A stretch of DNA of 64,000 bases from Gekko japonicus. Its lineage: Eukaryota. Location: contig NW_015162019.1 of the NCBI RefSeq assembly GCF_001447785.1, forward strand, positions 62,001 through 126,000, in the 5' to 3' direction. The position numbers were made by a program, and so were the translations under genes. Shown here piece by piece: positions 37,514-50,284 of this stretch. Under the pieces are notes generated by a model. The model saw only the letters and a list, made by a program, of their open reading frames with translations. It ran no database searches and was not told where the DNA came from. Position 1 is the first letter of the stretch. Each line of letters begins with the position of its first letter.

Positions 37514-38726
37514 GTCATACCTCCATTTAGGACTGCACAGGCAATTCTTCCAGGATCTACCCAGTTCCAAAATGTGAATAAATGTTCTCCGCAGTGGAAT
37601 ATTCTCCGCAACTAACCATCAAGGAACGAGTGTGCTACTGCCATGCCGTAGTTTATTTTGCACAGTTCAGTTCTGCATCATAGCAAGCACGTATTACCAA
37701 CAGCATCTACCCCTGAGGACCAGTGGAATAAAATCAGAAAAAAAGTTGCATAGTGTCCCAACAATATGGGGCACTTGTGAAACAACAAGAAACAGTTTCT
37801 GCTCTTTTCTGCCTTCCACTTTGCCAGTGCCAAAATATTCTAGTCACAGAGGAGACACAACACAGAAGGGGATTTACATTATTTGGGAGAATCAGTTCTG
37901 CTTTGAAGGATGAGCATGAGAAGGCAAGCATCCAGGATCTTCTCCCTGACTTCGAGGCACGCCAATACCACCGTCTCATCTTGATATGAGGCTCCAAGGG
38001 TCACTTGACCAAATCTCAGAGCCTCATCTCCTGACTCCACCTGCCAAATCGCCTGCAAGAAGGACTGGCAGCCGCCAAGTCTCTAGCTCGGGGATCCAAG
38101 GGAGGTCCGTCAGCTGCCAGCTTCCACATCGCCGCTGCTCCTGAAAATCGTGATCCGACTCATTGGGGCCAAGAGAGGTGCCAGCCGCAGCTGAATTTGC
38201 GGCAGGGAGGCGAGGTGTGTTGCAAGACTTAAGAGACAGCTTTCTTCGACAGACAGGCCTTCTCAGCAACTGAGCGGAGGCCGTGCCAATCTTTTCTTAT
38301 AAAACAGGCAGGGGGGTAAATAGAGAGTTGCATCTGAAGATTGCCCTTGGCCCTGCTGCTGAGAAGTGTTAGGCACACCCTCCCTGCCCCCCCCCCACCA
38401 CCACTGGGCTGTGGTTCTGGCCAAGTGAAGCACAGCTCGGCCTCCCACAAGATGGTTTTTCCGCAAGCGTGCCCAGCATTCCTCAGCATGTTGCATAAGG
38501 CAGAATATGAATAGTCCCAACATTTATAAAATGGATATCCCTGAACCTGTAAAATATGGGGGAGGATGAGGAGAAGTTATTGCCATTGAAGGGTTTTTTC
38601 CCGGTAGCATCCCTCTCACTTGGTTAAACTTTTGCTACATGCCATTAATTTCTCACCCACCGAGTCTGAGGGCCCATGGGGACCTTGGCAGACCTCCCCC
38701 CCTTTCTGTGCTGAGAAATAAGCTTT

Positions 38727-38985
38727 AAGAAGAAGAAGAAGAAGAGATTGGATTTATACCCCGCCCTTCACTACCCAAAGGTGTCTCAGAGCGGCTTACA
38801 AACTCCCTTCCCTTCCCCTCCCCACAACAGACACCCTGTGAGGTAGGTGGGGCTGAGAGAGCTCTTTCGAGGACTGCTCTTGAGAGAACAGCTCTGAAAG
38901 AACTTTTGACTGATTCTAGGTCACACCAGCAGCTGCATGCGGAAGAGTGGGGAATCAAACCCAGTTCTCCCAGATTACAGTCCGG
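38727..38985 (-). mobile_element. Younger Squam3-type SINE with (TTC)n tail
   Basis: (GAA)n then attggatttataccccgccc. Confidence 0.88.
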
Positions 38986-39849
38986 AAGGGCAATGTGGGT
39001 AGAGAGGCCACACTGGAAGGGCTTGAAATAACATGGATTATATTCTACCCCTTGGAAAACTAAAGCAAATGATAAAATCTTGCAGTTTTCAGTAAATGTA
39101 CTTCACAGGAGAACACTTCAGGCTAGTGCTATGGACTTCAAGCTGTTTTACAGCAATCTGCACCGCTGCAGAAATACACATAGCTTATAGGCAGTAGCCA
39201 GTTGCAGTTCTCTCATCCCAAGGATTCAGGAGTGAGCTAGGCCCAAAGACAAAGCTGAGATAAAGTAATATTTTTTTTCCGTTTTGTTATTTTTATTTTG
39301 TTTTGTTTTTTAATTAATCAGCCTAAAATTTTGCCCTGGATCTTCTGGAGTGGGGTTTCATTTTGGGAGGATGCAGGTGTAAATGAACAAGACAGTGCTT
39401 GTTAATATCTCATAGTATCTTACTTCTTCAATGATGGCTAGAACATTTTAAAAAACCAGAAAGAGAACTGACATGCTTTGGATTCCACTCCACGCCAGCA
39501 ATCAAATTCTGTACAGAGAGACACAAACTACAGCTGAAGCTCCTACAATTTTAACCTTCAGGAAGCATAACCCTCTGTTCTCTTGCCAGCAGTAAATCCC
39601 AGTCATGTATACAGTTATTCAAAGAAAAACCTTTCCAGACCTAAAAAGCACAAACAGGGGTTTTGTTTGTTTGCGCCCAAGTGGCCCTACGCTAAAGGTG
39701 CTGGCTTCCACTACCTAATGAAATGTGACACACAAAACCTGACAGCACCGATTCTTTCTCCTCAACTAATTTAGAGTGCTTTCTGGCTGCAGCGTTTGAG
39801 CGCTTTAACTTGCAGTAAACCAACATCTTTGCATCCCATTCCGCGAATG

Positions 39850-40060
39850 GGTTAAGCCAGCATGGAACGTGTTGGACTAGGACTGGGGCAAACAGGATCC
39901 AAATCTCCTCCTTCGCCACGAAACTCACTGCATGTTCTTGGTCCAGTCACAGTCTCAGCCTAATCTACCTCACAGGGTTCTTGAGAGGATAAAATGGAGG
40001 AGAGGAAAACCACAGACACCACCCTGAGCTCCTTGGGTGGGACAAAAATGCACTACATAA
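39850..40060 (+). mobile_element. Squam3-type SINE
   Basis: cagtcacagtctcagcctaatctacctcacaggg. Confidence 0.75.
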
Positions 40061-40084
40061 ACAGGACATTTTCTCTTCTTTGTA

Positions 40085-40278
40085 AAATTACACAGGAGTT
40101 AAGCTGCACCTTCAAGGCTAACGATTTATTTCAGCACAAGCTTTCGAGAGTTTCATCTGAGGAAGTGAGCTCTGACTCATGAAAGTTTATTCCGAAATAA
40201 ATTTGTTAGCCCTGTAAGGTGCAACTCGATGCCTGTGGGATTTTGTTACAACAGACAAATGTGGCCAGCTCTTTAGAT
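40085..40278. mobile_element. Penelope fold-back remnant with hammerhead motif
   Basis: CUGAGGA-AGUGAG-CUCUGA-CUCAU-GAAA at 40157-40184; inverted arms. Confidence 0.7.
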
Positions 40279-42355
40279 TTACTCTTCTCTTGTTGTGTGC
40301 CAAAGAACAGACAGTGTTCCAAAATCACAGTGGTCCAGTGGTGGGTGGAATAGCAGGGGTGCATTGGGGGGGGGGCACTGCCACCACCTCCTATATAGGA
40401 GGTGGGGGTACTGCCCACTCTTTGGGTTAAACAAGGACCCATCCAGATGGCCTTCCACTGAGACCACCGCTGAGACTAGAGAATCGCCTCCCTGTCATGC
40501 AGATACAGCTCTTTGGAGGTCAGGCCCTTTCTAAGAAATTCAGTCAAATAAAAAAAAGTGCAGAGGTGGAAAAAGCAGACTCTCTCTCTCTTTCTAACCC
40601 TGTAATTAAAAGCAGTAAACAGTCTGACTTCAGGAGCTCTCACAGGAATCAGCGTATTCTGTCTCCAAACTTGGCGCCGTGTCAAAAAGCGGTTCCTTAC
40701 AAAGCTGGCACTTTGTTCACCCTCCTCCCCTCCTTCCCGCAGTGTAAACACAACTATGGGGTTTTTTTGGAACTGGGAGCCTCAGAGTCCCACCCTGAAA
40801 CTAAGAGGAGGCACAAAAGCCTTCACTGCCTGTGGAACAGAATGCAGGAAATGTGCACAGCTTTCAACCCCAACTGCGGCCTATGGATTATACTCTCCAT
40901 AAAGCACTTTGAGACCTACGTTATGACAAAGGATTAAACGTATCGGACAGTTCTGCACTTAAGAGGATGGGTGGGGGGGGGGTCACGTGGTCCAACTTGA
41001 CCATCATCCCCAACACCCACGAGATGAACCGGTACCCAAAATGAGCGGTGCACCAGCACAAGTCAACCGATTGCATGCAAATCTCAAGACTTTCATCACA
41101 GTATGAATCAATCAGAAAGCGAGGCTGGTGTCAAAGGTGCACTTTATGAAGGGGCTGGGTTAAGGTATCTGCCCATTACCTGAGAATATGCTGGGTAAAT
41201 CCCACAGATCTGTTCCATTAGCTGTGGGACTTCAAGACTCTTGCTTAAGGGGAAAGGGCCACCACTACCAAAATGGATCCCACAGGATCTGGTCCCTTGT
41301 GTTAAAGCTAAGGGGGCCCAGCAAGGACAGGCCTGCTAAGCAAACCTGACTTTTCCCTCCAGCTTTTTCTTGTGAATTGGCAGGACTCTGCTTTCTCAAC
41401 TGCTCAGAGTGGTGGCAGGAGATGGAGGGAAATAGCAGGAGGAGAGAGAAAACTGGAAAACGCCCCAGGTTCCGTGGAAAGCCTGGCTGCTACTTGCCTA
41501 TAAACAACCCTCTACTCATGATCATCTCCAAGGGCTGAGCGTTAAAAAAAAGATATCCAGCGGGTTAACCCCTGGTCATACAGCGCCCCTTCCAAAGAAT
41601 GAGTGATCCTAAATGGGGGTTGTTTTCCTTTGGTCCCCAGTTTCTACATCATGCCCGAAGAACATGAGTCAGAGGCCCGTGGGCCACAGACGAAAGCACA
41701 CAGAAGCAAACTTTCTCCCATAGAGGCGGGGGAGAACAGATACATGTTTGTGAAAACAAAGAGGGCCAGAGAAAGACAGCAAGAGAAGCAAAACAAGCCT
41801 CTTATCTGGGTCTCTGCTAATAAAAGGCCCGGCAAATGTCACTGGTCCTAAAAAGGGGGAAGTGACCAGCCGTCCCAGGCAGCTTAAGGCAGGTTCCTGG
41901 AACGCCATGGAAAGGTCATCGGCCACGGAAGCTGCAATGTGGCATGCAAATCACAAGAACGCAGCCTCCCTGCAATTTGTATCGCCCATTCTAGAAATCA
42001 ATCAAACGCACAGAAATGAAATTCTAGCCAGGACATGCAGGTCATGTTGGTTTAAGTGGGCCACCTCCTGAATGTTTGAATTAGTGCACTTTGAGGAATC
42101 AAGAGTTCAGGCGTACATGTGGGGAGGGTGCTCTAAAGCTCATCCAGCAAGTCCGAATCCTCAAGCAAACCCCAATGGGAGACTACTCATCTTTCCTCAG
42201 GGACCCCCAGATGCTGGGCATTCTCCACAGGCATAAATGGAGAGGAGGGGACTTCACGCATGGAGGAAAAAAGAGATTAAAAAATGTAACAGGCGCTATT
42301 ATGAATATAATAACAACAGCAATCGTGATTATGATCATCCGGGTCCCTGTAGAAC

Positions 42356-42576
42356 CAGGAGTCCCCAGTGTGGTGCTTGTGGGTGCCATAGTGCCCACCA
42401 AATGCTTTTAAACAGAAGTTCTGCCTGCAATGTTGAAGAGGCGCGATTAGAGTTATAGATAGCCTTGCTCCCTGACATTTTATGGTTGGCTCCGCCTCCC
42501 ACAGCAGCCATTTTGTGATTGAGCCCACAGCCCTCTGTCAGAATCACAAAGGTGCCCGTGGGCTTGGGGACCAGTG
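42356..42576. mobile_element. hAT MITE family B
   Basis: caggagtcccca ... ttggggaccagtg. Confidence 0.7.
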
Positions 42577-43293
42577 AGGTGGAACTACAGAAAGTGCACT
42601 TCCAACACGTAAATCAAGGCAAAAAGCATTTAGTATGGTTCTGGTGCCTCCCCTCACTCCTAGGCGCAGCAATGGGGTTCTCCTGGCTCAGAACAACAAT
42701 TGTCTTCCCTACTCCTAAGACGAGAACGACCCACCCACTGAAGACACTACGCTTCAAGAACGGACAGCCTTCTGGGTCGGGAGTCTGATTACAAGACCTT
42801 CTGCGCGCTGTCCAAGAACTGTGTGGGTTGGGTTCCCTCTTCCCCTTCAGAACACAAAACGAAACAAACCTTTCTCCAACTGGGTCAGCGTGAAACGTAC
42901 AGCGTGTCTATTTTCAGAACATCACACTGACTCTTGGGGTTGGCAGAGCAAACAGCATTCTGACAAAGTCACAGGACTGCCTTTTTGCTGCTAACAGGGG
43001 TAAGAAGGAGCCACCCGGTACTCAGAGAGCATAGGGCATCTGCTGGCGCTGACCACGTGCGGCTGTTTTCTCTGGCGTCACGTCTTCTGTGATGAAACAA
43101 GAGTGACACACAACTCATGCGAATACAGGAGGTACCTCCATTGGTCTCGAAGGGAAGCCCACATGATGCATCACCCACAGCTTGGAAAATGCTTGAGCCT
43201 CAAATGGAGAACGTGCTCCTGGCTCCTGGCATGTAAAGCAGGGAGATAGAGACATGCAAAGGTTTGCAGTGAGAATTCAAGAAGGGTGAGGAT

Positions 43294-43359
43294 CAGTGTT
43301 CCCTCTAAGCTGAGTTAGTGTGAGCTAGCTCACACTAACTCAGCTTAGAGGGAACATTG
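43294..43359. mobile_element. 66-bp hairpin mini-MITE derived from family A
   Basis: 33+33-bp palindrome with one mismatch; perfect TSD gtgaggat (43286-43293, 43360-43367). Confidence 0.92.
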
Positions 43360-43474
43360 GTGAGGATGCCAAGGAAAAGACTGAAAGAATAAAAAATAGG
43401 AAGGGGGGCCTTTGGAAACAATTTGCCTGAAGGTCCCGCTGCATCTATCACATTCTTAATTCACCATTTGCAGA

Positions 43475-44200
43475 CATAAGAACATAAGAGAAGCCAATGT
43501 TGGATCAGGCCAATGGCCCATCCAGTCCAACTCTCTGTCACACAGTGGCCAAAAATACCAGGTGCCATCAGGAGGCCCAGCAGTGGGGTCAGGAAACTAG
43601 AAGCCCTCCCACTGTTGCCCCCCCCCCCCAAGCACCAAGAATACAGAGCATCACTTGCCTCAGACCAAGAGTTCCTATCTATACCTTCTGGCAAATAGCC
43701 ACTGATGGACTTTTGTTCCATATCCAATTCCTTCTTGAAGCCGTCCATGCTTGTAGCCGCCGCCACCTCCTGTGGCAGTGAATTCCATGTGTTAATCACT
43801 TCCTTTTATCACTTCCTTTTATCGGTTCTAAAGAAGTACTTCCTTTTATCCGTTTATCCAACTGCTCAGCAATTTCATGGAGTGCCCACAAGTTCTTGTA
43901 TTGTGAGAAAGGGAGAAAATAACTTCTTTCTCTATCTGCTCTGATCCCATGCATAATCTTATAAACCTCGATCATGTCACCCCTCAGCCGTCGTTTCTCC
44001 AAGCTAAAGAGCCCCAAGCGCTTTAACCTTTCTTCATAGGGAAAGTGTTACAACCCTTTTATCATTCTAGTTGCCCTTTTCTGCACTTTTTCCAATGCTA
44101 TAATATCCTTTCTGAGGTGTGGTGACCAGAACTGTACACAGTACTCCAAATTAGGTCACACCATTGATTTATACAGGGGCATTATGATACGGGCTGATTT
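43475..44200 (-). mobile_element. CR1 LINE 3' part
   Basis: [24 protein letters not shown]; INTWNSLPQEV; (cataagaa)n tail. Confidence 0.93.
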
Positions 44201-44589
44201 GGTTTTTTAAATCCATTTTATCCTCACAATCACCGTGTTAGGCTGAGAGGCAGGCAGACAGACACACACAGAGAGAGTGCAACTAGCTCAAGGTTACCCC
44301 AGTAAACCTCATGGCTGCCTCTCCCTGATTTGAGCTGGGCATCCTGGAAGCTGCATCGTACCAACCTTTTGAGCCAAACCTCTTAGGATAGAACCTAGAT
44401 GCCCAAGCAAAGGGATGCTTACAGAAGGTGGCAAGAGAGCTCAGGGAATAGACAGGAATTTAGGTGAGCCATGAGTAGGAAGGAAGTTCGGCCATCACAC
44501 CATACAGATGTGAGAAAGGCAGTAATGGGAGTTACCAGAGACACAGAAGCCAATCCCAGGAAAACTTATAATAATTGTGAATTTAAGTA

Positions 44590-44830
44590 GGACATAAGAA
44601 GAATCCTGCCGGTTGTCCAGTCCAGTACTGCATTTCCAGAAACGACCACTCAAGTGACCTGGAAGTTCCTCCACCCGTGCCACCACCTCCAGCGGTATTT
44701 TGACAACATGTCAAACAGCTACTGACAGACCTCTCCCCTTCCAGGAACATCCGTAGCCTGCTTTAAAAGCAATCTAAGCTAGTGGCCATCAACATCTTGT
44801 GGCAGTGAGTTCCATAAGTTCATTAAGCAT
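44590..44830 (-). mobile_element. Degenerate CR1 3' end
   Basis: acataagaaga; agtggccatcaacatcttgtggcagtgagttcca. Confidence 0.65.
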
Positions 44831-46619
44831 TTGCTTGCTTGGATGGCTTTTCGGGTACCAGGTAAAGAACATTTTACTCTAGTGAGCTTTCACAGGCAAC
44901 ATGTTTTTCTGCTGTTTGTTCTTAAACATTTATTGTTGTTTGGATGTGGGGGGGTGTCATATGTTTTAATTTATGGCTTTTACATTTTTATTTAACTTCT
45001 GTTGAGGCCATGCTGCCTTAAGAGCTCAAGCTGAACAGTGGGGACAGGAACAGTCAATTAAAATAAAACATGAGCATAAGAGGTCTGATCTCTACAGGGG
45101 ACTGGGGAATGGACCACGTAAACAAACACACCTCTGAAAAAGCTGGCAATTCTCAAAGAGTGACTCCAACTCCTTTTACTGATGCCAAAACCTGATTTCT
45201 GCCCCTTTCAACGCCGATGAAGGGAAGGGAACAGCACCAGCAGGGCGAGCAGATGGAAAGATCAAACAGTTTCTCCCAGCAGCCACAGTTTCTCTCTCCC
45301 TTACACACAAACACACACATACACAAAGAGCAAAGAATTCCCTGGCAAGCTAGTGTTACTGGGTGTGCTCTGCACGGACAGTACAGACATACTGTATGTG
45401 TGTGGCTCATTTTGCTCTGGAAAAAATTAGGTAAGTGCTCAGTGAACAGCAAGCTACAAGAGCTAAGAAGGAGGAACAGACACTCTTGTGCTATATCGGG
45501 AGGTGGGGGGTGGGGGGGGACAGGGTGCCGGGCAGGCTTCACAGACAGTGCCGACAGCCGCAGCCAGCTACTGCAGACCCACAAAACCTGCCAGCCCCTC
45601 CCAGCCCCTGTGGAGAGAGACAGAGTGTTCCCACTCTGCACGGCCAAGTGTTTCCCCCTCCCAAGCAGATGTGTGCAGCTGCCGAGAGAGGACAGGGTGG
45701 CACCCCCACACACACCAGCCCTCCTCCAGACAGATCCAACTGGGTGGCCTTCATTGGACCAGGAGACAGAGGTCGTGGGGCTGGAAACGGACACCCAAGG
45801 ACTAGGCTTACGGAGGAAGCCATAACCTGCAGCCTCGAGACATGCCACAGGGCAGGGGTGACCACGTTCCACCCCTGCCCTGCGGCTGAAGAGTCCGGTG
45901 CTTCCCCAAGCAGTAAGTGCCACTTATCTCCATCTGGGATTTCCTGAACAGTGGGCGCAGGATGCCTACGGCTCCCCAATGGCTTCCATGAACTCTCCTT
46001 GTAAAGGCTGCCTTTTAAAGGGTGAAGGAGCTAGGCATGTTTTGCGTGAGGAAGAGAAGACTCGGTGGGGGCACAAAATCTCAGAAGGTGGGGGGGCACT
46101 TGAAGCGGGGTCTTCACAAAGATTACCACAATGATCGGATAGGTTCACGAGCGATGAGATGTGGCCCAAAACATCAAGGCCATTTGAGACTGTGTTAGCC
46201 AAGTGACCCCTCCAAAAGCCCCATCAAGCAGCAGACTGTTCCACTCAGTGCTAGCAGGACCCCCCAGGATTGGCCCTGGAGACAAAGCCCAGAGGAGAAG
46301 ACCAGGAAAACGACAGGAACACAGGGGAGGGGGTGCACCTGTTGCTCTGGCAGATGAGAAGCATCCCCAGGGTGCTGCATCTTCCAATTATGACTCCAAG
46401 ACACGCTTCTCCAGAACACCGGGAAGGGAGGGGCGCAGGTGGCAAATCATATAAACCACATGCAGAGATAAAGAGGCCAGAAGGCTTTCACTGAACTTTT
46501 CATTTGATTATAAATCAAAACATCGCTGCACCTAACAGGAACGAGCAAACCAGGCCGCAGCAGTGGAACAAAGGCCGGAGATTCTGCTTCAGACTTGCCA
46601 CTTCAGTACCTTAATGTGG

Positions 46620-46843
46620 AGAGCCACTGAGGCATGTCACACGAGGATCAGGTTTGAATCCCCACTCGTGCCACTGGAAGCTCACTGGGTGACCATGGGC
46701 CAGTCACACACACACTCTCAGTCTAACCAAACCCACAGGGCTAGCGTGAGGATCACATGGAGAAGGATGTTAAGCTGCTTCGGGTCCCCACTGGGGAGAA
46801 AGGCAAGGGTGTAAGTGAAATAAATCAATGAATAAAATAAATA
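46620..46843 (+). mobile_element. Squam3-type SINE
   Basis: ggtttgaatccc B-box; ctgggtgaccatgggccagtcac; (AAAT)-like tail. Confidence 0.8.
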
Positions 46844-46956
46844 CTTGCCTGGGAGATTTTTTTTTTCAGTTTCAGATACTCCGAACAAGGAAATCAGGAA
46901 GAACCCTTACATGGCTTGCTATTTCTGACATTCAGCAATTTCCATACACTTGAGAT

Positions 46957-47162
46957 CAGTGTTCCCTCTAAGCTGAGTTAGTGTGAGCTAGCTCACAGTT
47001 TTTTAGCCTCTGGTTCACACATTTTTGTCTTGGCTCAGGAAGGAGGGCTCCCGAGCAAACTGATTTCTGCAGCAGCCAAATCGCTCGCTCACAACTTTAA
47101 TGCCAGTAGCTCACCAAGTAGAATTTTTGCCCACAGGACTCCACAGATTAGAGGGAGCATTG
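46957..47162. mobile_element. hAT MITE family A copy 4
   Basis: Perfect TSD cttgagat (46949-46956, 47163-47170). Confidence 0.93.
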
Positions 47163-48456
47163 CTTGAGATACTGATCTTTGAAAGGCGCATTCAGATGTC
47201 TTTATAAAGAGGTGTCCCTAGCATACCAAGGTCTGCTGAGAAGGCTCTGGATGCAGCCACTGTGATGGAACATAAGCAGGTTTCGATTTGGCCAGGACCT
47301 GGAGGGGAGACCTCCTGAGGAAACCCCCCCCACACACACACACCCTTTGCATTCCAGGATAGAATAAAGGCAGGGTACATTTGTATCAGGCAGAGAAATG
47401 AAATACAACTGTGGCTCATCCTCAAGATATACCTTAATTTCTTTGCAATCTGTACCTCAATGCATTGTGCAGTGGATGAGGTTAGTGCAGCCTCCGAGCT
47501 TTGACCTGCTCCGCTTGCAAGACCCTTCTAGGAACCACGGTGCTGCCTTATACCAAGTCTGACTTTTCGTTCATCGAGCTCGGGAGGGTCTACTCTGCTG
47601 CCCCCCCCCCCCTTAACCAATGCCAGCACTGGGATTGTTCTCAACAGCGGGCTGCACACATGTGGCCGTATGCAAGGACGGATACGCATTCACCTGTGAA
47701 ACAGGCAAAAACATGGTGTTTTGGCAGGGGCGGTGGAAGGTGCGGGAAGGTTAGAAAGGAGAAGGCAGAATTTTAAAAGTTTCAGAAACACTTGGATATG
47801 CTGGAGCATGTTTGAGCTGACCAAACCAAGCCGGGATGCATGACAACAAGATTAGCAGTGCTGTTTTTTCCTTGCCTCCTCCGCTTCCCCATCCAGAAGC
47901 AATCCAGTGCAGCTAAAAATGAATTCCCTGGCCTTACTGCCTTACCACCTACACCAAGTATCTTCCCCATTTATTCAGAAGTGCGATACCTCTGATTTTC
48001 TCATCCACCAAGGATCTGCCCACCCTGCTGCTTCTATGCAGGATCAGACCAGGGGGGACTTTTGTTTTCCCCCCCAGCATCCAGTTCCTAACAATTGCTA
48101 GTCAAATGCCCAATGAGATACTCATTTGCAGAGAATGAAGGTAAACCCTCAAGTGTCTAATACCTGGGGTACACAGCCTCTGAAAATGGAGGTTCCATTT
48201 ACCTCTTCAAGACAATAGGAACTGGCAGACACCCACCACAACAACGCATTTCGCCTGGATCTGACCCAAAGGTGCACCTAGTTAGGCATCCCATTTCTAA
48301 CAGTGACAAACCGGATACCTCTGCAAGAGCACAAGCAGAGCAAGAAGGCAACAACCCTGCTTGCCCCCAGCAGCCAGTAGTCAGAGGTACAGTGCCTCTG
48401 AACATGGAGGTTCTGTTCAGCCAGCTACACAAAGAGCCATGGAAAGACCTTTCTAG

Positions 48457-50284
48457 GGGACTTCCGGGTTATGGCGTCATGCAGGCAGACACATCTCCCG
48501 GACATCCTGGGGATGTAAACTGCACACCAGCGTGTGGGAGGGGGTCCGACAGGTCGCGACCCCCCCCGGAGCCTTGGTAAAAGGCTCCCAGTCAGGGGGC
48601 TTTTGAGGGGCGACCTCTTCGATGAGCCAGAGAATTGAGGTGCCTTCACCCCAAAGGTCCTGCCGCTGAGTGACCACATGGTACGAGTGCTGCTGACCAG
48701 GACAAGCGTAGGAGATCGGGCGAAATAAACGATGACGAGCGAGGCCGAATGGCCAACAACGAACTGTGAGTCGGATTGAAGCGAGCATGAAGATATAAAA
48801 AGAAGCTGCCCCCTCTAAAGAGCGACGGGAAAGCAAGCGGGGGAGGGGTCCCTCCCAAACGCATAGACGAAACATAGAAGGAAAGAGGAGGGAGCGGAAA
48901 AATAAGCGTTTAAAACTGTTTTGAGAGACTTACCAGAGCGCAGAAAAGCGTTCGGGCGAACATCAGAGACTTTAGCAACTTTTTTGAAAAGTAAACAAAT
49001 CCAAAAAGATGGCGGGAAGAAAACGGAGAAAGAGAAGCTGTTGACATCGAAACTAGGGGGCAGTCCTCGAACAGATGAGGTCACTGAGCTCGCAAAACTT
49101 TTAGCTGACTCCCTGCACCCTCTGCTGGACGAGATTAAACGATTGTCAACAATTGGGCAGAGTTTGGCAGAGCAGCAGATGCAGCTGACTCAACCCTTAA
49201 AAGCAACAGAGCAAATGAGAGAGAAGGTGAAGGAAATGGACATCACTACTAAAAAGGTTAAGAAAAAGGTGCAAAAGCTGGAAATGAAGCAAGCTACGGA
49301 AGAGTCAAAGCTTTTACAGCTACAAATGGATAAAGCAAATTTGGTCCTACGGTTTCAAGGGGTCCCGGAAATTAAAGGAGAGAATCTGAAGCAACAGCTG
49401 AGTGAAGCATTAGCCCCAATGACAGATTTAACAGCGGAATACATTTGCAGCGAGATGAATGTGGTCTACAGGTCCTATTCATCATACATCAAGAAAAATA
49501 ATCTGCCTGGGGAGATAGTGGTCAGATTCTCGAAGAGACATGTGAGAGATGCTATTTTGAAAGCAACTTCGGGAACACCCTTGAAAATTGGGGACAACAA
49601 CATCAGGATTTTAAAAGACATTCCATTTGACATAAGATAGAAGAGAAAGAACTATAACGAATTAATCCTTTTCTTACAAACAAATGACATTAATTACAGG
49701 TGGTTAACCCCAGAAGGCGTCATTTTCAAGCTCAATGATAAAAAAGAAAAGATTGACTCTGTTTTTAAAGCACGCGAATTTCTGCAGACGCAACTTGGGG
49801 AACCAGAAGAGGGCAAAGGGGAGGAAGAAGAAAGCAAATCTGATGGTGAGTTGGGCTTGGGGTCTTCGGACGAGGACTCCCCCTCTGAAAAGGGGGCAGC
49901 TGCCCCCAAAAGCCCATATAAACTGAGGATTAGAAAGGATAAGAATAAATAAGGGCTAAAGGACTCTGATTTGTGCCTGAAAAAAATGTGGAAATAACTT
50001 GGGGATGCTCTGGGATTTTCTTTAAACAGTTAAAGGGATGGTTACACGATATTATCTTAGCATAACCGACTAAATTCATTGTATTATTAGTAGCTTTTTG
50101 AAAATAGCATGATGTTAAGCTGATGTATTGATCTCCTACTCTTGGGCTTTTAGTTAGTTGTGGGTCTTTTTTCTTTCTCCCCCTAGATGTAGTTCCCTTC
50201 CCCATATTTTCTGTTGTAGTTTTTGTAGTCTGAAAAAACACACAATAAAAACCTCCCCCCAGGGGATGGGGAAAAAAAGAAAAA
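48457..50284 (+). mobile_element. ORF1-only L1 derivative (HAL1-like), 5'-complete, inserted in an old CR1
   Basis: Starts gggacttccgg...atggcg; CpG-rich 5' UTR; ORF1; about 300-bp 3' UTR with aataaa and A-rich tail; 15-bp TSD gaaagacctttctag (48442-48456, 50285-50299); no ORF2. Confidence 0.88.
49009..49952 (+). pseudogene. L1 ORF1p (coiled coil, RRM, CTD), disrupted
   Basis: LRFQGVPE, VYR, LPGEIVVRF, IRILKDIP, YRWLTPEG motifs; inferred 1-nt frameshift just after the ATG at 49009; one in-frame TAG at 49638-49640. Confidence 0.88.

Noticed and set aside
37880-38300. CpG-containing, coding-looking stretch
   Set aside because: Stops interrupt the frames, and I found no convincing splice pair or recognisable protein.
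45153-45979. Long overlapping ORFs (up to 256 aa)
   Set aside because: Open on both strands in GC-rich sequence, with no recognisable domain or codon bias.
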